Assembly (NCBI RefSeq): GCF_016127575.1
Contig: NZ_CP066018.1
Coordinates: forward strand, 2,850,001-2,882,000
Length of the DNA stretch: 32,000 nucleotides
Reading direction: 5' to 3'
Source: Cupriavidus necator
GTDB lineage: Bacteria; Pseudomonadota; Gammaproteobacteria; Burkholderiales; Burkholderiaceae
The position numbers and the translations under genes were made by a program. Shown one piece after another: positions 1-9,111 of the stretch. The number at the start of each line of letters is the position of its first letter. Within the stretch, counting starts at the first letter, position 1. The notes below the pieces were generated by a model. It searched no databases. It was not told the DNA's origin and saw only the letters and a list, made by a program, of their open reading frames with translations.

Positions 1-170
1 CGGTCAATGCCAAGCCCATCGTCGCCACCATGACGCGCACGGTGTCGGCATCGGGCATGGACTGGGGCGTGCTGGCCGCGGCCGGCGTGCTGACCATCGT
101 GCCCGGCGGCATCGTGATCTGGTTCGTGCGGCATTACATCGCGAAGGGCTTCGCGATGGGTCGCGTGTAA
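1..170 (+). CDS. ABC transporter permease, C-terminal fragment (5' end outside window)
   Basis: Frame 3 reads ...GVLTIVPGGIVIWFVRHYIAKGFAMGRV and stops at TAA 168-170. The hydrophobic C-terminal helix is typical of MalG/UgpE-type permeases. It is followed by the DUF2160-like and solute-binding genes. Confidence 0.6.
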   Translation, partial: VNAKPIVATMTRTVSASGMDWGVLAAAGVLTIVPGGIVIWFVRHYIAKGFAMGRV

Positions 171-212
171 GCGCGCGGCGCAACCCTGATCACAACACAA
201 GGAGACGGCGCA

Positions 213-521
213 ATGCTGAGCTGGATGGTCTGGACGATACCGGTGGCGGTGTTCTTCGGCTGCATCGTAGTCATGCTGATCACCATGACTATCTGGGAAA
301 TACGCGCGCCGTCGGTGCTGCGCAAGGGCTTCCTGCCGATCGCGACCACGCGTGGCGACCGCTTGTTTATCGGGCTGATGTGCGCCGCCTGGGTCAACCT
401 GGCGTGGGTGGGACTGGGCGAGAAAGTCACCGCTTGGCTGTCGCTGCCCGAAGAGCCGTCGGTCTGGATCAGCTTCGGGGTATCGATGCTGGTGCTGGCG
501 CTGATCATGCGCAAGGGCTAG
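213..521 (+). CDS. small integral membrane protein, DUF2160-like
   Basis: 102-aa ORF with about 3 hydrophobic helices. It sits between the permease and the binding protein, as DUF2160 genes do in sugar/glycerol-type ABC loci. The family call is from memory, not a search. Confidence 0.6.
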   Translation: MLSWMVWTIPVAVFFGCIVVMLITMTIWEIRAPSVLRKGFLPIATTRGDRLFIGLMCAAWVNLAWVGLGEKVTAWLSLPEEPSVWISFGVSMLVLALIMRKG

Positions 522-629
522 CCGTTTATTCGCAGGCATCAGGGTTAAATGGAAGGTTTGCGGCTTATCCCTGCCCCGGGGCCGCCACCACGACCACAGC
601 CGGGGAGGGGAAATCTTGAGGAGACACTG

Positions 630-2369
630 ATGAATGTGCACGTGAAGTTGGGGATGTCAGCCCTTGCCTGCGCGGCTGCGCTGGCTTGTGGGTCCGCCTC
701 GGCGGGCGAGGCTGAGGCCAAGAAGTGGATCGACAATGAGTTCCAGCCCTCGTCGCTGGCCAAGGACAAGCAGCAGGCCGAAATGAAGTGGTTCATCGAC
801 GCCGCCGCCAAGCTCAAGGCCAGGGGGGTCACGCAGATCAGCGTCGTGTCCGAAACCATTACCACGCACGAGTACGAGTCCAAGACGCTGGCCAAGGCGT
901 TCGAGGAGATCACCGGCATCAAGGTCAAGCACGACCTGATCCAGGAAGGCGATGTGGTCGAGAAGCTGCAGACCTCGATGCAGTCCGGCAAGTCGATCTA
1001 CGACGGCTGGATCTCTGACTCGGACCTGATCGGCACGCACTACCGCTACGGCTCGATCTTGCCGCTGACCGACTATATGAACGGCGCCGGCAAGGAGTGG
1101 ACCAACCCCGGGCTGGATGTGAAGGACTTTATCGGCACCAAGTTCACCACCGCGCCGGACGGCAAGCTGTACCAGCTGCCCGACCAGCAGTTTGCCAACC
1201 TGTACTGGTTCCGCGCCGACTGGTTCGCGCGCAAGGACCTGCAGGACAAGTTCAAGGCCAAGTACGGCTACGACCTGGGTGTGCCGACCAACTGGTCAGC
1301 CTATGAGGACATCGCCAACTTCTTCACCAACGACGTGAAGGAGCTCGACGGCAAGAAGGTCTACGGGCACATGGACTACGGCAAGAAGGATCCGTCGCTG
1401 GGCTGGCGCTTCACCGACGCCTGGCTGTCGATGGCCGGCACCGCCGACAAGGGCCTTCCCAACGGCATGCCGGTGGACGAGTGGGGCATCCGCGTGGCCG
1501 AGGACAAGTGCACGCCGGTCGGCGCCTCGGTGTCGCGCGGCGGTGCCACCAACAGCCCGGCGGCGGTCTATGCGCTGACCAAGTACATCGACTGGATGAA
1601 GAAGTACGCGCCGCCGCAGGCGATGGGCATGACCTTCTCCGAGGCCGGCCCGGTCCCCGCGCAAGGCCAGGTGGCGCAGCAGATCTTCTGGTACACCGCC
1701 TTCACCGCGGACATGACCAGGAAGGGCCTGCCGGTGGTCAACGCCGACGGCTCGCCCAAGTGGCGCATGGCGCCGTCGCCGTACGGCCCGTACTGGAAGC
1801 AGGGCATGCAGAACGGCTACCAGGACGTGGGCTCCTGGACCTTCTTCAAGAACACCGATCCCAACAAGCTGGCGGGCGCCTGGCTGTATGCGCAGTTCGT
1901 GACATCCAAGACGGTCTCGCTGAAGAAGTCGCTGACCGGGCTGACCTTTATCCGCGACAGCGACATCCACCACGACTACCTGACCAGGAACGCGGCCAAG
2001 TACGGTGGGCTGATCGAGTTCTACCGCAGCCCCGCGCGCGTGGCGTGGACGCCGACCGGCACCAACGTCCCCGACTATCCGAAGCTGGCCCAGCTGTGGT
2101 GGAAGAACGTGGCCACCGCGGTGACCGGCGAGAAGACGCCGCAAGCCGCCATGGACACGCTGGCCGAAGAGATGGACCAGGTCATGGCGCGGCTGCAACG
2201 CGCCGGCATGAGCAACTGCGCGCCCAGGCTCAACCCGAAGGGAGACCCGGGCAAGTGGCTGTCGAACGACCATGCGCCGTGGCAGAAGCTGGCCAACGAA
2301 AAGCCGAAGGGCGAGACCATTCCTTACGACAAGCTGCTGCAGGCGTGGAAGGAGGGGAAGGTGCGCTGA
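630..2369 (+). CDS. ABC transporter extracellular solute-binding protein (large, about 580 aa)
   Basis: The ORF runs 549..2369. The preferred start is ATG 630, preceded by GAGGAGA. The N-terminus MNVHVKLGMSALACAAALACGSASA looks like a Sec signal peptide. The W/Y/K-rich periplasmic-binding-protein composition and high GC3 support a real gene. Confidence 0.85.
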   Translation: MNVHVKLGMSALACAAALACGSASAGEAEAKKWIDNEFQPSSLAKDKQQAEMKWFIDAAAKLKARGVTQISVVSETITTHEYESKTLAKAFEEITGIKVKHDLIQEGDVVEKLQTSMQSGKSIYDGWISDSDLIGTHYRYGSILPLTDYMNGAGKEWTNPGLDVKDFIGTKFTTAPDGKLYQLPDQQFANLYWFRADWFARKDLQDKFKAKYGYDLGVPTNWSAYEDIANFFTNDVKELDGKKVYGHMDYGKKDPSLGWRFTDAWLSMAGTADKGLPNGMPVDEWGIRVAEDKCTPVGASVSRGGATNSPAAVYALTKYIDWMKKYAPPQAMGMTFSEAGPVPAQGQVAQQIFWYTAFTADMTRKGLPVVNADGSPKWRMAPSPYGPYWKQGMQNGYQDVGSWTFFKNTDPNKLAGAWLYAQFVTSKTVSLKKSLTGLTFIRDSDIHHDYLTRNAAKYGGLIEFYRSPARVAWTPTGTNVPDYPKLAQLWWKNVATAVTGEKTPQAAMDTLAEEMDQVMARLQRAGMSNCAPRLNPKGDPGKWLSNDHAPWQKLANEKPKGETIPYDKLLQAWKEGKVR

Positions 2370-2409
2370 GGCGCCGAGGCGTTGATGCTGCCGGCGACGG
2401 TTGAATGCC

Positions 2410-4407
2410 TTACGTGGTCAAGTCCGATGTTTCCGATTGGGCCTCTGCCGCCGCCTGCACCGCATAACGCGCCTTGCCGTGCCGCTTGGCCTCGTACAGC
2501 GCCATGTCGGCGTGCATGAACAACTCGCTCGCGGTCATGGTGTGGCGCGCGTCATGGATGGCCGAGCCGACGCTGGCCGAGGCCGCCAGCGTGTGGCCAT
2601 CGATCACGAAGGGCATGCGCGCGGCCTGCACGATGGTGTTGGCGATGGATGCCATGGCCTGGCGGTCGGCAACGCCGTCCAGGATCACCGCAAACTCATC
2701 GCCGCCGATGCGCGCGACCGCGTCGCCCTTGCGCACGCAGGCGCGCAGCCGCTGCGCAAAGGCGACCAGCAACTGGTCGCCCACCGGATGGCCAAAGCTG
2801 TCGTTGACGCCCTTGAAGTCGTCCAGGTCCACCAGCAGCAGCGCCAGCGAGCGCCCGTCGGCGCTGGCGCGGGCCATGCATTCGGCCAGGCGCCGGTCGA
2901 AACCCTTGCGGTTGAGCAGGCCGGTGAGGTAGTCGGAGATGGTCTGTGCTTCCAGGCTGCGCAGTTTTTCGCGCTCATGGGTGACATTGCGCCCGAACAT
3001 GTGCAGGCCGATGACGGTATCCTGCACATCGTTCCAGGCCGGCTGGCAGGTGATCTCCATGCATTCGGTGCCATCAGCGCTTTCACGGGTGAACGTCACC
3101 GCGCGCCCGGCGCAGGCCTGCTCCAGGTACGGCTGGCAGGCCAGGTATTCCTGCGTGCCCCACAGTTCGCGCAGCGACAGCCCCACGATCTGCTGCGCCG
3201 GCACGCCATAGCGCTGCGCATAGGCCTGGTTGACGAAGACGTAGCGCTGCTGCATGTCGATGAACGAGACAAAGTCCGGCACATGGTTGGCGATCGCCTC
3301 GATGCGCTTCTCGCTTTCGGCGGCGCGGTCCTTGGCCGCTTTCAGCGCGGCTTCGCGCTCCGACAGCTGCGCCACCACCTCGGCGAAGGTCGCGGCCAGT
3401 TCGCCGATCTCGTCGGCGCGGCCGACGGGCAGGTCCGCCACCGCGGCCGGGTTGGTGCCGATCTGGCGCACAGCGCGGTGCAGCCGCTGCAGCGGTTCAA
3501 GCAGGCGGCGCATGACCAGCCACATCATCGCGGCGGCAAGCAGCATGGTGATGGCGCCGATGACCAGGGTCCGTTGGCGCACCGCGAGCAGCGGCGCGTA
3601 GGCTTCGGCTGCCGGCAGGACCGCCACCAACTCCCAGCCGTTGGATGCCAGCAGATGGCGCGCCACGATCGGCTGCGTCGGCGTCAGGACTTCCAGGAAG
3701 GCGGGGGCGTGATCGGCGCCGCAGGCTTCGCCGATCGCGCGTGCGGGGCTCAGCACGCGGGCAGCGTCCGGGTGCATTGCATAGCGGGGATTGGTGCCGG
3801 AGGAAACCAGGCAGAAGCTGCCGGTAGTGCCCACGCGGCTGTGCGCAAGCTCGCGCAGGAAGTTGCTGTCCGCGAGGTTCAGGACGCCCCCGACCACGCC
3901 GCGCAGCTCGCCACCCGGTCCGTGCAGCGGCACTGCCAGCACTACGCCGGGGGCATTGGTCTGCTTGCCCTGGATCAGGTCCGACACCGCGAACGCCTGG
4001 CCCTGCTGGATATCGCGGAAATAGTCGCGGTCGTCCACGCGCAGGCGCACGCCATCCGGCACGGCGGTGCTGAACACCAGGTGTCCGTCGGGCGCGGCCA
4101 GGAAGACGGCGTTGAAAGTCTCGGGCATTTCCACCATGCCCTCCACGGCCCGGCGCAGTTCGGCCGGCTTTACCGAAAGCATGGGGGAGAGCTGGCTTGC
4201 CACGCGCCGCAGGACGGTGGCGCGGCCCTGCAGCTTTTCATCGAGCTGCTCGGCCACCATCTTGACCAGCGTGTCCTGCTGCGTCTGCTGCAAGTTCTTC
4301 AGGCCGTCGTAGGCGTAGTACTGCGCGTAGAGCGCGCGCAGCACGATGATCAGCGTCACCACACCCGCCGTGGCGAACGCCATCCGGTACTTCAAAGAGT
4401 GCTGCAT
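2410..4407 (-). CDS. membrane sensor diguanylate cyclase (TM - periplasmic Cache-like - TM - HAMP - PAS - GGDEF)
   Basis: Contains RIGGDEFAVIL with an RxxD I-site (RKGD) 5 residues upstream, DYLTGLLNRKGF, a PAS-like block (VPDFVSFIDMQQRYVFVNQAY), and two TM segments flanking a periplasmic region of about 250 aa. ATG at 4407 is preferred over the GTG at 4431 used in the track. Confidence 0.9.
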   Translation of the reverse strand: MQHSLKYRMAFATAGVVTLIIVLRALYAQYYAYDGLKNLQQTQQDTLVKMVAEQLDEKLQGRATVLRRVASQLSPMLSVKPAELRRAVEGMVEMPETFNAVFLAAPDGHLVFSTAVPDGVRLRVDDRDYFRDIQQGQAFAVSDLIQGKQTNAPGVVLAVPLHGPGGELRGVVGGVLNLADSNFLRELAHSRVGTTGSFCLVSSGTNPRYAMHPDAARVLSPARAIGEACGADHAPAFLEVLTPTQPIVARHLLASNGWELVAVLPAAEAYAPLLAVRQRTLVIGAITMLLAAAMMWLVMRRLLEPLQRLHRAVRQIGTNPAAVADLPVGRADEIGELAATFAEVVAQLSEREAALKAAKDRAAESEKRIEAIANHVPDFVSFIDMQQRYVFVNQAYAQRYGVPAQQIVGLSLRELWGTQEYLACQPYLEQACAGRAVTFTRESADGTECMEITCQPAWNDVQDTVIGLHMFGRNVTHEREKLRSLEAQTISDYLTGLLNRKGFDRRLAECMARASADGRSLALLLVDLDDFKGVNDSFGHPVGDQLLVAFAQRLRACVRKGDAVARIGGDEFAVILDGVADRQAMASIANTIVQAARMPFVIDGHTLAASASVGSAIHDARHTMTASELFMHADMALYEAKRHGKARYAVQAAAEAQSETSDLTT

Positions 4408-4729
4408 GATTGACTTATTTCTTGTGCGCACTGACCCGTATCCTCGTCCCGGCGCATTGTGTTGCCGACCCGAGATCCTGTCCGGGACGTGAAATCAAGA
4501 TTAGCAGATGTCAAGATGAAATTCGCAACTGTTTGCAACAGCGCGCCAGGGTGCCAGCGCAACGTGCCGGCCGCGCTACAGGGAAGGGCCTGGCCGGTGG
4601 CGAGATCGCCACGCGCACTCATGCACCGATTCCGTCTTGGCAGTAGCATGCGGGATGGCCCGCGATGTGGCGGGCCCGTCTCGCGGTTCCTGATTGCCCG
4701 TTCCTGATTCCTTTCCAGCCCAAACGCCA

Positions 4730-5335
4730 ATGACTACACCGACTACGCTGCTCGACCTGGCCGGCGCCAGCCGCACCCCTTCCGCCTGGGAAGCCGCCGT
4801 CCTGATCCTGATCGACCATCAACGCGAATACGTCGACGGCCGCCTGCCGCTGGCCGGCATGCCCGCGGCCGTGGCTGCCTGCGCGCAGCTGCTGGCGCTG
4901 GCGCGCCGCCACGGCACGCCGGTAATCCATGTCGCGCACCACGGCCGGCCGGGCAGCATGGCGTTCGATCCGACCGGGCCGTATGCCGCCTTCATTGAAG
5001 GGGTGGGGCCGCAGGCCGGTGAGATTACCGTCACCAAGGGCTTGCCCAACAGCTTCGCCGGCACCACCCTGGCCGACGAACTGGCCAGGCTCGGCCGCAA
5101 GGAGCTGATCGTGGCCGGCTTCCAGACGCATATGTGCGTAAGCGCCACGGTGCGCTCGGCGCTCGACCACGGCTATCGCAGCACCGTCGTGGCCGCGGCC
5201 TGCGCCACGCGCGACCTGCCTGACCCGCTGGGCGGCCCCGCCGTACCTGCGGCCGATCTCCACCGCAGCACGCTGGCCGCGTTGAACGACCGCTTCGCCA
5301 CGGTCGTCGCGGACGCAGGGGCCTGGCACGGCTAA
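4730..5335 (+). CDS. isochorismatase-family cysteine hydrolase
   Basis: Shows LILIDHQREY..., GRKELIVAGFQTHMCVSATVRSALDHGY (catalytic Cys context) and a conserved Lys region. The track ORF starts at TTG 4694, so the ATG 4730 start is uncertain. Confidence 0.8.
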   Translation: MTTPTTLLDLAGASRTPSAWEAAVLILIDHQREYVDGRLPLAGMPAAVAACAQLLALARRHGTPVIHVAHHGRPGSMAFDPTGPYAAFIEGVGPQAGEITVTKGLPNSFAGTTLADELARLGRKELIVAGFQTHMCVSATVRSALDHGYRSTVVAAACATRDLPDPLGGPAVPAADLHRSTLAALNDRFATVVADAGAWHG

Positions 5336-5961
5336 CCAGCGACAGGCCAGGTGCGCACGCGCAGCACGGTATGGTCGCGCGGGCGCAGCGTCAATTCCAG
5401 TGCGGTCGGCACGCCCCGCCTCGTGATCGGCGCGACAAAGCGTGCCATTTCCGCTGCTGCAGCGAGGCGCGTGCCGCAGCGCATCGCCAGCCGCAGGATA
5501 TGCAGCGGCACGAACCGCTCCGGCTCCTGCATGTCCGCCAGCGCGGCCAGCGTGAAATGCAGTGGCTGCCGAGCCAGTGCGATGAAGCGCCCGCGCAGCC
5601 GCGCCAGCGTCGCCGCGGGCGCCGCCAGTCCTTCGCCCTCGGCGCCGCTGCGCGTCATGCCGCGCGCACGCGGCTGCCACAGCGTGCCGGCAACCAGCAG
5701 CGATGCGCGCCCCGCGCCAGCTTCATCCACGCATGCATCCAGCGCCACGACATGGCCCGTCAGGTCATAGGTGGAAGCCACCGAGGCAAAGCTGCGGTGG
5801 TAGCCGATGATGCAATCCATGTCTTCGTCATAGACCGGCAGCGCATCACGCGGCACGCGCGCCGGACGCATCTCGAACCAGCCGGCACTGACCGGGTTGC
5901 GGCCGGTCCAGGGCAGGGCGAGTTCTGTTTCGGTCGCGGTGGGGAGGCAGGGGGACGGCAA
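5332..5961 (-). CDS. hypothetical protein (conserved-looking, no domain recognised)
   Basis: 209-aa ORF with high GC3 in this frame. It is convergent with the hydrolase gene and overlaps it by 4 nt. No motif was recognised by eye. Confidence 0.5.
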   Translation of the reverse strand: MPSPCLPTATETELALPWTGRNPVSAGWFEMRPARVPRDALPVYDEDMDCIIGYHRSFASVASTYDLTGHVVALDACVDEAGAGRASLLVAGTLWQPRARGMTRSGAEGEGLAAPAATLARLRGRFIALARQPLHFTLAALADMQEPERFVPLHILRLAMRCGTRLAAAAEMARFVAPITRRGVPTALELTLRPRDHTVLRVRTWPVAG

Positions 5962-6074
5962 GTCGTGCTCCGGTGCAGGTCGGAGCAGTCAAGGTAGCCG
6001 GCGAGTGAGTGGGCGGATATGAGATAAGCCTTGTCGCCGGCAACGGAAAGGTTGCGTCGCGACGTGGCTGGGGC

Positions 6075-6719
6075 CTAGAAGCTCACGCCCAGCGAAAGGA
6101 TCGCGACCTGGTCCGTCGAGCCCGGGTTGAACCAGTAGAAGCCCGCCGTGAACCTGCGCACCGTGACCTGGAAAAAGCCGCCTCGCTGGAGTTCGCGGCC
6201 TCCCCCGTAGATCCGGGTACGTTGCGCGACCAGGCCCAGCCTCAGCCATTCGACCGGGCGGAAGCCAAGTTCGCTCCAGGCGTAGAGATAGCCCGGCTCT
6301 TCGCCGCGCGCATCCAGGTATTCGGCTTCGATGTAGTAGTCGAACTTGCTCACTGCGACGCTGGCCTCGATTCCGCCGATCAGGCCGTGGGTGGAGCCTC
6401 CCACGAAGCCAACGATGGGGGTCGCCTTGAACTGGATGGTTTCGCCGCCCGAGAAAGTCCAGCCGATGAAGGCTGACTGCGAGTGGACTGCCTCGTAGTT
6501 GCTTCTTGCCTCGAGGTGAAGCTGCTTCCTTTCGGCGATGAAGATGCCGGAGAGGTAGTCGCCGCTCTGGCGCGGCATGTTCCAGTAGCCTGTTGCCGAG
6601 AAGGTCCAGGGCGAGCCGGCCGCCTGCCCGGCGGCATCCGGCGCGGGCTGGGGCGGCTCCTGTGCCTGGACCGTGCCCGCGCCAAGGGCGGCGGCAAGCA
6701 GCAGGATCGCGCCTCGCAT
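6075..6719 (-). CDS. secreted protein, putative small outer-membrane beta-barrel
   Basis: Signal peptide MRGAILLLAAALGAGTVQAQ. The sequence is rich in alternating aromatic/Gly residues and ends in a C-terminal Phe (…LSLGVSF). Its start lies 1 nt downstream of the stop of the preceding gene, suggesting an operon. Confidence 0.55.
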   Translation of the reverse strand: MRGAILLLAAALGAGTVQAQEPPQPAPDAAGQAAGSPWTFSATGYWNMPRQSGDYLSGIFIAERKQLHLEARSNYEAVHSQSAFIGWTFSGGETIQFKATPIVGFVGGSTHGLIGGIEASVAVSKFDYYIEAEYLDARGEEPGYLYAWSELGFRPVEWLRLGLVAQRTRIYGGGRELQRGGFFQVTVRRFTAGFYWFNPGSTDQVAILSLGVSF

Positions 6720-6720
6720 C

Positions 6721-7425
6721 TCAGCCGCCCAGCGCGATAATGGCGATGGTCATGACCACGCCCAGCGCAGTCATGGCTGCGCCAGTGACCCAGCCGCCAA
6801 AGCCGGCATAGTGGCCCAGCGCCCACCCGGCGGCGAACAGCATGGCCAGGGTCAGCCCGCGCGAGATCAGTAGCGCCAGTTTGACATCGTCCAGCAGTAC
6901 GAACGGCAGTGCGACCGGAAACGTGGCCAGTACAACGATAAAGAAGATGTGCACGGCACCGATCAGGTCGGCCATGTTCAGGCGGGGGCGGGGCGGCAGT
7001 GCCGGGGCGGCGGCAAGCCGTGCCCGCATGGCTTCCAGTTCCTTGTCGGTGACCAGCGACTTCGTTGCGCGAGGCAGCGCATCGCGAATCAGGCCGATCG
7101 CCGTGGCCTGGTCGTTAGCATTCCTGACGGCAAGTGCCAGGGAGATCCGCTGGCCGCGGTTCGCCAGCGTACGGATCAGGAACATGACCGCGTCCACCAT
7201 GCCCCAGGCCAGGTTGCAGCCCAGCGCGGCATGCATCATGGTGCGGCTGGCATCCGGGCCACCCGTGCCGCTCGACACCGCGCCGACAAAAGTGAGCGCC
7301 ATGAACAGGCCGAAGCACATCTCGGAGACGCGATCCACGACGTCCAGCACCGGCTCCCGTGTCTGAGCATCCTCCGGCGGCACGGTCGCGCCGGCATGGA
7401 TCGTCGTCCTGGGTGAATCGGGCAT
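6721..7425 (-). CDS. VIT1/CCC1-like integral membrane protein (putative)
   Basis: The internal ATG at 7425 (MPDSPRTT...) was chosen; the 62 upstream codons of the track ORF look non-coding. The C-terminal triple-TM region resembles the VIT family. The family call is from memory. Confidence 0.5.
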   Translation of the reverse strand: MPDSPRTTIHAGATVPPEDAQTREPVLDVVDRVSEMCFGLFMALTFVGAVSSGTGGPDASRTMMHAALGCNLAWGMVDAVMFLIRTLANRGQRISLALAVRNANDQATAIGLIRDALPRATKSLVTDKELEAMRARLAAAPALPPRPRLNMADLIGAVHIFFIVVLATFPVALPFVLLDDVKLALLISRGLTLAMLFAAGWALGHYAGFGGWVTGAAMTALGVVMTIAIIALGG

Positions 7426-7620
7426 GGCGGACTCCCGAAAGCTGCGTCGATGATCGGATAGGCGATAGGGGCTGTGCTCGTGGGGGCTGTGCCTGCCTGG
7501 CCCGTCGTCCTGTGGACAAGTATGCGCGCCAGCCGCAAATATGCCAGGCGAGCATTCCTTGATTGGCGTGATGAACCACGGTTTTCCGGGGAGGGTAGAA
7601 AACGTGGGCAAACGCCGGGC

Positions 7621-7656
7621 AACAAAAAACCCAGAGAGCTTGCGCTGTCTGGGTTT
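7621..7656 (-). terminator. rho-independent terminator, probably the ancestral terminator of tRNA-Val
   Basis: The minus strand reads AAACCCAGACAGCGCAAGCTCTCTGGGTTTTTTGTT: a GC stem (CCCAGA/TCTGGG plus an inner AGC/GCT) followed by T6. It lies about 30 nt beyond the displaced tRNA 3' fragment. Confidence 0.6.
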
Positions 7657-7687
7657 CCTGGCAACTTAGGCAGTTGCTGGCCATTTG

Positions 7688-7733
7688 TCTGGTGGTGGTA
7701 CAGGGATTGAACCTGTGACCCCTGCCGTGTGAA
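7688..7733 (-). repeat. island-distal att repeat: displaced 3' half of tRNA-Val (anticodon loop through CCA plus 2 nt)
   Basis: tctggtggtggtacagggattgaacctgtgacccctgccgtgtgaa matches 26572-26618 except for one missing g (tggtggg vs tggtgg). Confidence 0.9.
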
Positions 7734-8234
7734 TCAGAAGAAGGCCCAGCTATGTGCATACAGTTTTCCTGTATGTGCTTGAGTTTACGGGATTTTAGAT
7801 GCGTTGAGTATCGCCCGTGCGCCTTCAATTGCGCTCCGCGCTGCGCCCATTTTGCGCCGCATGCCGTGGTGAGTTACGACCTTCCGGAGTACTTCGCGAA
7901 GGACGGTGAAGTACGCCTGGATTGATTCGCAGTGCTGGAGCTATCCGCTGTCGGCCCGGCAGTGGCGGGCGCCGCGCGCTGCGAAATCTAGCGTGGGCTG
8001 AGGGGGCGAAAGGGACTGAAGCAGGATTATTGCGCCCGGACGGCGTCCCAGACGACTAGGTGAGGCGGCTTCGGGGTCGGAAGCAGCCTTTCGTCAGGCC
8101 TGAGCCGGTCGTCTGGTTCTTGGCCGAAGCTAAGCCCAAAGTGAGGCGCTGAGTCGGGAAGAAACAACGAAACCAATATCATCCTGAGCGAGTCGTCCTG
8201 GGAGACCGTTGCAAGGGCTAGTGAGAGGAGAGCT

Positions 8235-9104
8235 TCACCCGGCTCTTGCCGTGACCTGGGTGTCTTGTTCATTACGACACAGTGTCGCCGCAAACACGCT
8301 AGAAACACTGGAAAGGGCGGCGGCCAGAACGTCGAGAAACGCAATATACTTTCGAACGACTTCGGTATCCGGCCATACGATCGAGGTGGACGGATGTGCG
8401 ATCGAGTTTCTATCGTCCATTAGCGCTGTCAATTTTTGCTTCGCAAGCGATTCAGCATTTGTGGGATCTTGCGTCATAAAGTAGGCTTGAATCGAGGCCT
8501 GTTGTCCTAATTTCTTCCATATTTCCTTCGCGCCGATACGGTCATAAAGATCCGTAAGGGTGTCAGGCTTCATATTTGTTTCAGTAATCGAAAGGCACTG
8601 ATAATTGATATTATCGATCGTGGCTTCGGCTGATAGATTGGCTGCCAAGTTTTTGGTGAAAGAAGCAACTGCGCCGTCGCCATGTTGATACTTCCTTGGT
8701 GATTGCATCACGATCGCAGTGAACACGACTAAGCTATCCTGCATCTTCTTTGGCAACGCCCTAAATGATGATGCCCGCTGAGCCAATCGTTGGCAAAGGT
8801 CCTCAAACGAAGTACGTGTGTACTCTTCGAATCGTCCTGCAATGTAGAGGATCATCGTACCGCTAACGACAGGCAACCCCTGGTGTGAATTCCGGGTGCA
8901 TTGATGTAAGGTATTTGCTTGGCGGAGATACTTGCGGATTTCTGTGCTTGCACTCGACTTTCGCTCCCTGTCGATCGTTGATGATCGGACATATCTCTCC
9001 GATAACTCAGAGGTCGCCGAGAATTTCTTGATTTCGTCGAGTAAGTCCAATTGCCGGGAAATGGTCACAAGGTCTCGCTGAAACTCGGAAAGGATAAGGT
9101 CCAT
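8235..9104 (-). CDS. HEPN-domain protein (RiboL-PSP / MAE_28990-like), putative RNase effector
   Basis: The Rx4H motif DDRNSIAH is encoded at 8394-8411 near the C-terminus of a helical protein. ATG 9104 has GAGG 6 nt upstream and lies 7 nt after the DUF262 stop. GC is low. Confidence 0.7.
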   Translation of the reverse strand: MDLILSEFQRDLVTISRQLDLLDEIKKFSATSELSERYVRSSTIDRERKSSASTEIRKYLRQANTLHQCTRNSHQGLPVVSGTMILYIAGRFEEYTRTSFEDLCQRLAQRASSFRALPKKMQDSLVVFTAIVMQSPRKYQHGDGAVASFTKNLAANLSAEATIDNINYQCLSITETNMKPDTLTDLYDRIGAKEIWKKLGQQASIQAYFMTQDPTNAESLAKQKLTALMDDRNSIAHPSTSIVWPDTEVVRKYIAFLDVLAAALSSVSSVFAATLCRNEQDTQVTARAG

Positions 9105-9111
9105 GCGCGCC

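Noticed and set aside
2401-4413. 670-aa ORF on the plus strand
   Set aside because: It is an antisense shadow of the GGDEF sensor gene. The translation is Arg/Ala/Gly/His-rich with no motifs, which is typical of a high-GC mirror frame. The minus-strand frame carries unmistakable HAMP/PAS/GGDEF motifs.
7753-7777. Short imperfect inverted repeat (catacag-ttttc-ctgtatg) just inside the distal island end, considered as an integrase arm site
   Set aside because: It has only 7 contiguous base pairs and no matching copy near the integrase-proximal end that I could find by eye.
8027-8344. 105-aa minus-strand ORF at the island end
   Set aside because: It overlaps the 3' end of the HEPN gene in another frame, has odd composition, and has no RBS. 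The 7734-8234 segment looks like non-coding or decayed DNA. One frame reads ...VVSYDLPEYFAKDGEVRLD* at about 7868-7927, possibly a gene remnant, but the support is too weak to call.
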